From positions 1 through 56,554 of the forward strand of contig JYFJ02002468.1 in the NCBI GenBank assembly GCA_000934665.2: DNA of 56,554 nt. The letters are read 5' to 3'. This document shows positions 48,847 through 56,554 of this stretch, piece after piece; position 1 is the first letter of the stretch; every line of letters starts with the position of its first letter. The position numbers and the translations under genes are program-made. Source of the DNA: Catajapyx aquilonaris. Lineage: Eukaryota. Under the pieces are notes generated by a model that saw nothing but the letters and a program-made list of their open reading frames with translations, had not been told where the DNA came from and searched no databases.

Positions 48847-49462
48847 CACAGTTAAAGGATTTCCTAACCACATGAGGCAGAGAAATTAACCTCCAACAGA
48901 GGTGCTAGCTAGGGGAGTGCCAGTCATTGCATCAGGGGGAGGCAGCACCTCTGTTGCAGGCTAATATCTCTGCCTCGTCATGTGGTAAGGAAATTCTTTA
49001 ACCCTGGAACCGTGCCGTGGGGTCTTTTTGGACCCCAAGGAAAAAAATGCATCAAAATGATCATTACAATGAACTTTTGCCATTTTTTTACAGTATATAA
49101 CAGGAAGTGCAGGTTCATTTTGAATTAGCAATCATTTCAGGCATTGTTCAAAGAATGATTGTATATAGTCAATACATTGAAAAGTATTATATAATAATTA
49201 ATAAAAATTAAAATATGGTGGGGTCCGAAATGACCCCACGGCACGGTTCCCGTAATACTCGTAGGCACGGCACGGTTCCAGAGTTAGACGGGCCATGTGC
49301 AGTCCCCGAGGAGGTTATATTGCCAGACACCTCCAAGGCGCGGGTCAGAGACCCTCCTGATGTAGGAAAAAGGGAGCACCCAGGCGGGGATCGAACCTGG
49401 GACCTTTCACTCAGCAAGCTGAGACATAGTTACGTTACCATCTTGGCCACTGCACCTCCCCC
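48847..49462. mobile_element. Nested cluster: hairpin MITE (48847-49001), piggyBac-like MITE (49002-49285), SINE B head (49290-49462, - strand)
   Basis: Each part matches other copies in the window; the piggyBac-like MITE starts at the TTAA inside the first MITE's TIR. Confidence 0.8.
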
Positions 49463-49631
49463 AATGATAGCCTAATTGCGTATATCAAAATGATCAGGAA
49501 AGGTGTCCTTACAAGCATCACTTTTTATCCACATGTACTGTACAGTACAGGCACTAAATAAGTCATGTACTGGTAGTTATGATTGAAGCAATTGCAATAC
49601 AGAAATTTTATGTTAGTCAAGGATATTTTAA

Positions 49632-49786
49632 CCCTGTAATGCCCACTAATCTAAGTAATGCCCACTGGGTCATATCTGGCACACCATTTAGTGCAATTTT
49701 TGCAACTTTTGCAATTTTTATATTTCTTGTAAGTGCCAAATTGCACTAAATGGTGTGCCAGATATGACCCAAGGGGCATTACAGGG
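49632..49786. mobile_element. piggyBac-like palindromic MITE
   Basis: TTAA-CCCTGTAATGCCC...GGGCATTACAGGG-TTAA; gggtcatatctggcacaccatttagtgcaattt is inverted. Confidence 0.8.
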
Positions 49787-50401
49787 TTAATTATTTCCAA
49801 TTATCCTGCAACCTTGTTCTTAGTGTGCACTTGCTATAGGTTAGTGTACTGCCAATCAAGGTATGGGATTTTAAATCCCACCAAATGAGAGAAGAAATGA
49901 TCAGAGCCACATGCATTTGTCATGATTTCTGCTTCCCTTTGTGATGATCACTTGAGTGAACAATCTGTAACTTCTCTCCCTTGTAGTGTAGACTTGGCAG
50001 GCCTAGACCCTGGGTATAGCATCACTTGTGGGTTTTGCCATAAATTTTCCCTAGCTACTCCTTGTTTTTAGGAAAGAGTATAAAATCTGGTTATGACATG
50101 GGGATGAAATAGGGGGGAAGCATGAAAATGAAGGGGGGGGGGGGGAGATTAAGCTGGGAAGAGTGGTTCAGAATTGAGATGACTGATGTGGATGAAACAA
50201 TGTTAGCAATAACACCTTCAAATAACTAATTTTGCTTATTTGAACCTAAATTATATTATGTCCAACTATTTTGTCATGCCCAAATGTAATTTCCTGTTGC
50301 TAATGCCTGTAAGACAACATAATTGTTTTAAACAGCAATAACCATCGTTTATCTAACCTCCCAAAATTAATGGATACATGGCAGTCATAGTTATTGTGAT
50401 T

Positions 50402-50654
50402 TACTTTACACCCTTTCTTAACTTAACCTCCTAAAGTGAATGGATGTACAGCGATGCAGTTATTTAAATAAATACCAGCTACAGTGCTATACACCATCCT
50501 ATTATCAACTGCTGTAATCCACTAATAATAGAGATCGAAAAATTCACTCTTAATGACAATGTCACATCGATAACTAAGGGACTGACTACGTCCGGAAGTG
50601 TGACGGGAATTGATCCAAACCATGACCAAACATTGATATTTCTGCATGTGTAAC
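50402..50654. repeat. About 250-bp direct repeat, copy 1
   Basis: Highly similar to 52606-52851. Confidence 0.8.
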
Positions 50655-51295
50655 CCACTTTGACATTCTCCGATGTCTATAATTTAGAATATTTCACGTA
50701 AAATAGGGTAGCATTCCCATCAAACAGCTGCAAAGTCAGTCTTGACATAGCTCATGGGTAGCAAACAAGTCTCACAACTGCACAGTGCACATCCCACATA
50801 CAAATCCCTATGAATCTTTGACTGAAAATTAATGCCCCCCCCCCCCCACCNCACCCCTAAAATATAAAATCAAACAAATTACATAAAGCACTGCAGATGT
50901 CTCCCCCAGAGCCACCATGCCCTGTCCCAATGTTTTTGCACAACTGCACCAATAAGTGAATTTTGTTCTGCAGTTGGGGAGTGGGAGAGGATGTTAGTAA
51001 CACTACACATCAGAAATTACTAGTCCTGTATATGATTTCAAAATGCCACTTTCAGCAGAGTTTTTTTTACTGGTTGCCTCCACTTATTGTAACACTTCAG
51101 AAATTTATTTTTTAAAACTAGTTTTGCTCTGACAGTAGGATGCAAAGAATAAATCCCATACTCTCAACAATTCAACTTTTTAGTTTACTTTTCAAAAGGA
51201 ACACAACACGTACACACACCCACCCACATACCCACACACACACACACACAGTCCTGCGCCCCATATGGGCGTCCATGAGGTCGCTTCGAAAATCT

Positions 51296-54165
51296 TCAAC
51301 CTCCATATTGAGGGTCGTAAACCTCGACGACATCATTATTCAGTAAGTTTAGCGAGCCAGGTGTCTCCGTCATCTTTATCCTGTCCCCGTCATACAGGAA
51401 TCGAACTTCCTTCCAGGGTATCCCCTGTAAATTGATCGCATCATGAGCTCATCATTGAAAATATTCTAATTCTATGCAATGCTGAGGCAAGCTAAATGCT
51501 ACTGCAAAATCCTCCTGTCCAGTAGAAATCGCTGCCAGAAAAGGAGGCTTACATGGGACAAATCAAGGATGAAGTTTATAAGAAACACTCCATGGGAAAA
51601 TGATAAGTCAAGATCAGAAGTATTTTTTATGGTACTTACATGAAAAAAATAGTAAAACTGCAAAACTAGTCACACATTCTTGAGACTATGTTGTTGGAGT
51701 GTTATGAATTTTCCTAACAAAAAAAAAATCATGCTACCTACTACGGGACGTAATACGGTAGTATTAAAGATCTTAAGATCGTTCCATGGAATTGGTCATT
51801 TAAAAAAAGTGATGCACATTTTTACAGTTACTTATAATAACTTATTATGGATAATCATTTTACATTTGGAAGCATTGGAGCCTATTCATATGTTATGGAA
51901 GTAATTACATGTTTTACACCACTTCATTTTACCCTGATTCACAATAACGTCAGTCTCAAAATTACCTTTGGAAATTTGTTTAATAGGATAATTTTGCAAT
52001 TTTTTAAACAATCTAAATATATAAGAATAGCACTGTAACACTTCTGAGTCCAAACACACAACTGTATAACTGCTTCTTTTGGTTTTTGTGATGCAGTGTG
52101 GCATGGTGATATGTGAATAATATACAATAGCAGACAATAGGCATACTGTATTATTGGTCTCTGCCCTCCCCGAACTACTCTGACGGTCCAAGGGAAAAAC
52201 CCCGTATCTTGGAAAATCACATAAATGGAGATAAATGCGCGCCACCATTGCACTCCTCTTTGCAAGCCACACCTTTTTATACAAAGCTCATAACTGTAGG
52301 CGCAACCCTTGCAAAGTTTTGGCCAATTGAAATCATGAACTTCCACATACGATAATGGAAACAAAAAACTTCACACGTAAATATCTCGAAATGGCAAAAA
52401 GCCGAAATACAGGGTTTTCACTTGGGCCGTCAGTACTGTACCCATTATTACATTTCACTACTTGTACTGCAGTTTTTGCCAAAGAAAGGAAAGGGACACT
52501 CAGAACTCAACAACCCTCAACATGGAACCTCCCATATTACATGTGTGCATTAAATGTTTCAAATGCTCAGCACGATTCAAAACAGCAATAACAGCATCTA
52601 ATAGCTACTTTATACCCTCTCCTAACCTAACGTCCTAAAGTGAATGGGTGTATACAGGGATGCAGTTATTTAAATAAATACCAGCTACACTATCCTATTA
52701 TCCCCTGTTGGAATCCACTAATAATAGAGATCCAAAAATTCACTCTTAATGACAATGTAACATCTGTAACTAAGGGACTGACTACCTCCGGAAGTGTGAT
52801 GGGAATTGATCCAAACCATGAACAAATATTGATATTGCTGCATGTGTAACCTATCTCATTTACGGACCCTATAATTTTTTCTCGTTTTAAGTTGATTCAC
52901 TTTACACCACTGCACTGCGTTGCTGGAACCAATTATACTGGCATAAAACGGATACTTTCTGTACAACTAAAGTATAGGCCCCTACACCTGATTTATATCA
53001 ACACCAGATTAAGCCAATGTGAGTTCTAAGATAGTACTGTATACATGTTATAAAGGGGCCCTACATTTTATAAGTGAGCATCAATTATTTACTTGCAGAG
53101 TACAGTGATTAAATTTTTGCATTTGTCACATAGTCAGATAACGGGATAAACGTCTGACACTTCAGTAATACAGGTATTACATACATGTAGGTATCAAGTT
53201 CAAAAATGTGAAGAGTAGGAAAATTGCAATAATTATAAAAGTCACACTGAAGAGCTCCCATGCAAAAGCAGTTAGATCCAAACCGACCTCCAATCCATGA
53301 TTTTCAAAAATTATATTTAAAAATGCAGAAAAATACCATCTCATGACTCCCATCATAAATAATCACTTTCAGCTTGAAAGCGTTTCCATATCTTTTAATC
53401 CTTTTCAGTGATGAAAATGAGTGTTCTCCACTGAGTTTATTGGCGACCGTGAGTGACAAATATATTGATGGGTGAGGCATTTTCTACATAATTTTGGAAA
53501 ACAAGATTCCAAGGAATTGCATATTATCAAATGGTACAATTATAACTCTGCAAGATCTTGTTTGGCATGTGAGGGCAATGTGATAAGTAAGATCAGTTTT
53601 TAAAAGTTCATTAAATTGCACAAATTCTTCGCCAGTTTATTCAGGTGTAAACAACTGTAACTAATGAAGGAATCCATTATCCAAACACACAATTCACATT
53701 TTGATAAGCTTTCTGATGTTTTGACAGAGCAGAAAGCAAGCTGTGAATAATGAATAAAAGAAATATTCAGGATTTAAAATAATATCTGAGAAAAGGCGTT
53801 TGAGATTCAACATGTGAATCAAGAGTCCTGGAACAACTGAAATCATCATAGCCCATATGCACGGTTTCTCTTGTGTTGAGTGACCAACTGCATGGGCCTT
53901 GGCCCATACCCAAAAGTACAGAGTACATGCAAAAACCTTTGAAGTAAATCAAACCATGCTAAAATATCTGCATTAACCATTAGTTCTAAAGCATGATGCT
54001 AGCAAATGTGAAAATGCAATAGGAAATCAGAAAAAAATCAGTGGAAATACTGACCATGAGATGACAAAAAGCACGCCTTAGTGCCGACATCGGCTTTGCC
54101 GGATGGATTCTAAATCGGACCTGATGTCCATTTTGGGCCAGAACAGTGATTTTGATCATAGGTGC
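51296..54165 (-). CDS. Divergent SUMO-like ubiquitin-fold protein (about 77-80 aa)
   Basis: Exon 54165-54055 (APMIKITVLAQNGHQVRFRIHPAKPMSALRRAFCHLM) splices in phase 0 to exon 51424-51296 (GIPWKEVRFLYDGDRIKMTETPGSLNLLNNDVVEVYDPQYGG-stop). It aligns without gaps by eye to SUMO (IKLKVIGQD..IHFKVK.....KLK..YC...GVP...RFLFEG.RI....TP..L....DVIEVY..QTGG). An AATAAA lies at 51109-51104 on the - strand. Confidence 0.85.
52177..52438. mobile_element. Old Tc1-like MITE
   Basis: ctgacggtccaagggaaaaaccccgtat vs atacagggttttcacttgggccgtcagtactg-TA. Confidence 0.55.
52606..52851. repeat. About 250-bp direct repeat, copy 2
   Basis: cctaaagtgaatgg...aattgatccaaaccatga...ctgcatgtgtaacc, shared with 50402-50654. 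Confidence 0.8.
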
Positions 54166-54611
54166 CTGTAACGGGAAAAATCCAATATCAGTGGAAGTAA
54201 TATGAACGGAATATAATTATGCAGTGATGAGCAAATAAATGCGAGTGGACATCAACAAAAAGTACCGTAATCAGAAAACATACGTATTAATGAACCACAA
54301 TCATAAATAAAAATAAATTCGTATATGAGGGGCGTTTTTAATGTATGGAGTATTTCCATGAAGGTATTTTCTATTAGATATGAAAATTAGTCACCATGCA
54401 GAAGCATTCCTGCCCCGATTACAGGATATTTCATCATCCTCAAATGAAGCAAATGAAAGGGTGGAAAAAATCAATACAAAATTGCAAAATTGTTGCAAAA
54501 AATTGCAAAGTTGTCCACACGTGAAAAAGTGCAGTGAGTCGTCACCATGGCCAGTTTGGAGGATCGTTCTGTCAGCAAATATCTCACTCTGAAGAAGACG
54601 AGTGGTGCAGA

Positions 54612-54614
<3 letters not shown>

Positions 54615-54660
<46 letters not shown>
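54615..54660. repeat. (GAT)n microsatellite
   Basis: About 15 perfect tga/gat units. Confidence 0.95.
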
Positions 54661-54662
<2 letters not shown>

Positions 54663-54963
54663 TAATAGTAATATAATAATAATGACATGCCAGAGACACT
54701 GCCACACTGGGGTGTGATTGTCCATCATACCCAAGAGCTAAGTGTTAAGAGATGGGTTGCACGCTTCAAAGCCTAATAGGTGACCCTCACCCTGGAAGGC
54801 CTGCAATATATTGCTGTGAAGGAGGAAATTGACATGGTAATGGGAGACAGGTGGTTGACAGTGTGGTACATATAGCAGAGGTCATGGGCATCAGTTTGGC
54901 TTTGAGTTGAGCTGTCACAGGCCAACTTGGAATTTTTCTGCAACAAGGCTGACTATTTTACTC

Positions 54964-55545
54964 ACAAGGGAAGGTCACGGGGTGATAATGACGGATCTTG
55001 ATGAAATTTAACATGCTAATACAGGACAATATATGATACCCAAAAATGAAATATTTTGTGCGGAGGCCCATATTTGCAAAAGTTATGACGTCTTAAAGTT
55101 CCAATAATAATACATTTTCATTCATAATGGGATTACATTAGCGACCACATATAATGACATTGAAGTGTGTAATCAGTTTCTACACTTTTTCTCATCGGAA
55201 AAAAGTCCTACATAACGGCTCTGTATCTCTTACGGTTTAGGCCTTGATACCTGTCCACAGACGGACGGACGGACAGAGCCGTTATGTTCCTTCCGTTTTT
55301 TCCTATGAGACAAAGTGTAGAAACTGATTACACACTTCAATGTCATTATATGTGGTCGCTAATGTAATCCCATTATGAATGAAAATGTATTATTATTGGA
55401 ACTTTAAGACGTCATAACTTTTGCAAATATGGGCCTCCGCACGAAATATTTCATTTTTGGGTAGGCTATCATAATTATATTGTCCTGTATAAGCATGTTA
55501 AATTTCATCAAGATCCGTCATTATCACCCTGTGACCTTCCCTTGT
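54964..55545. mobile_element. Near-perfect 580-bp foldback element
   Basis: acaagggaaggtcac...catttt arm of about 250 bp is almost exactly inverted at 55275-55545; the spacer contains (GGAC)n. Confidence 0.85.
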
Positions 55546-56266
55546 CAGTTAGTGATTAAAAATGAAACTTTATGACTTCTCTTATTCCAAATATTTTTTT
55601 AAAAACCAACGTTGGGGAAGGGTCCTAAAGTGATTGCAGATGTGAAGGTGTTGGGTGGGGTTAATTCTTAAACAATATTTTGGGACCTGCTATAAAAATA
55701 TGGGAGAAATACATCTGGACAATGTGTTACTGTATCAACATGCAAGGGTACTATGTTGAAAAATAAAATATTTATGTTTGCCTGCCTGTTCTCTTCATAG
55801 AAAACCTCATTACTTTCCAAATGCCCCTTGTACAGGCTACAAGAAAACTGGACTTGGCCTGTATATACCTGGTCCACTATTTGGTGGCGCCAGCCTGCAA
55901 ACACACACATGTCATCTGATTGCATACCAATTAAATCAAGATGAAGCAGTTATATTGGCACCATAATGCCAATCAAAAAATCGAATATGTTGGCATGAAG
56001 TCAGCTGATGGGGTAATGTATACAGCAAGAAGTAAGAAAACCAAATATGTTCTTAAGTTAGACAACAACTATTTGGTTGCTAGGGACATAATTTCCAATC
56101 TTCCTGACATATCTGACTTCAATGTCAGCATGGAAGAATTCATTTGGTGGTTTACTCAGATTGTTTTGTTTGCCAAAGTCTTCATCCATGCTTCTGATCA
56201 ACAGGATTGGCAATATACCGTACTGTTTTTAGGAACCACAATAATAAGAGGACTAATATAATATAT

Positions 56267-56554
56267 GGGGGAGGTGTGGTGGCCGTGATGGTAACGTCTC
56301 GGCTTGCTGAGTGAATGGTCCCAGGTTCGATCCCCGCCTGAGAGTTCCCTTTTACCTGCGTCGGGAGGGTCTCTGACCTGCACCAAAGGAGGTGTCTGGC
56401 AACCTAACCTCCTGGGGGACTGCACATGGCCCAAAGACTGGACAATGCACCTGCACAAAGTGTCCCCTCCCCAACAATCCCTTTCCCTTCCCTATATCCT
56501 GAACAAATCCTTGCATGGAGATCGAAGAAAAAATTGAAAACATGGTGGTGATCC
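56267..56554 (+). mobile_element. tRNA-derived SINE, family B (runs off the window)
   Basis: Matches 35028-35330. Confidence 0.85.

Noticed and set aside
53337..53430. Minus-strand peptide FKLKVIIYDGSHEM resembling the SUMO beta-1 strand
   Set aside because: A stop follows shortly and the true exon at 54165-54055 fits the full alignment and splice phase; probably coincidence.
54391..54734. Poly-His / poly-Ile ORFs
   Set aside because: Translations of the (GAT)n microsatellite.

Overview
Eukaryotic, intron-rich, transposon-dense invertebrate DNA, probably arthropod (short 54-70 nt introns alongside long TE-filled introns, CpG-poor gene bodies with CpG-rich promoters, TTAGG-like tract). I assembled five protein-coding genes by hand from GT-AG splice sites. 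(1) UCKL1-like uridine-cytidine kinase, - strand, with its 3' exons outside the window. (2) A divergent DNAAF11/LRRC6/tilB-like dynein assembly factor, + strand, head-to-head with UCKL1. (3) A complete 200-aa Rab10, - strand. (4) A Lifeguard/TMBIM (GRINA-like) gene, + strand. (5) A small, highly divergent SUMO-like gene ending QYGG-stop, - strand, which the ORF track misses entirely. Non-coding DNA is packed with tRNA-derived SINEs of several families, MITE/foldback DNA-transposon derivatives (hAT, piggyBac-like, Tc1/mariner/pogo-like), a mariner relic, a LINE 3' end and a solo LTR. Two inverted ~1.3 kb copies of one transposon bracket the core exons of the DNAAF11-like gene. No prokaryotic features, CRISPR array, rRNA or intact tRNA were found. 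All coordinates were read by eye and TE boundaries may be off by a few bases.
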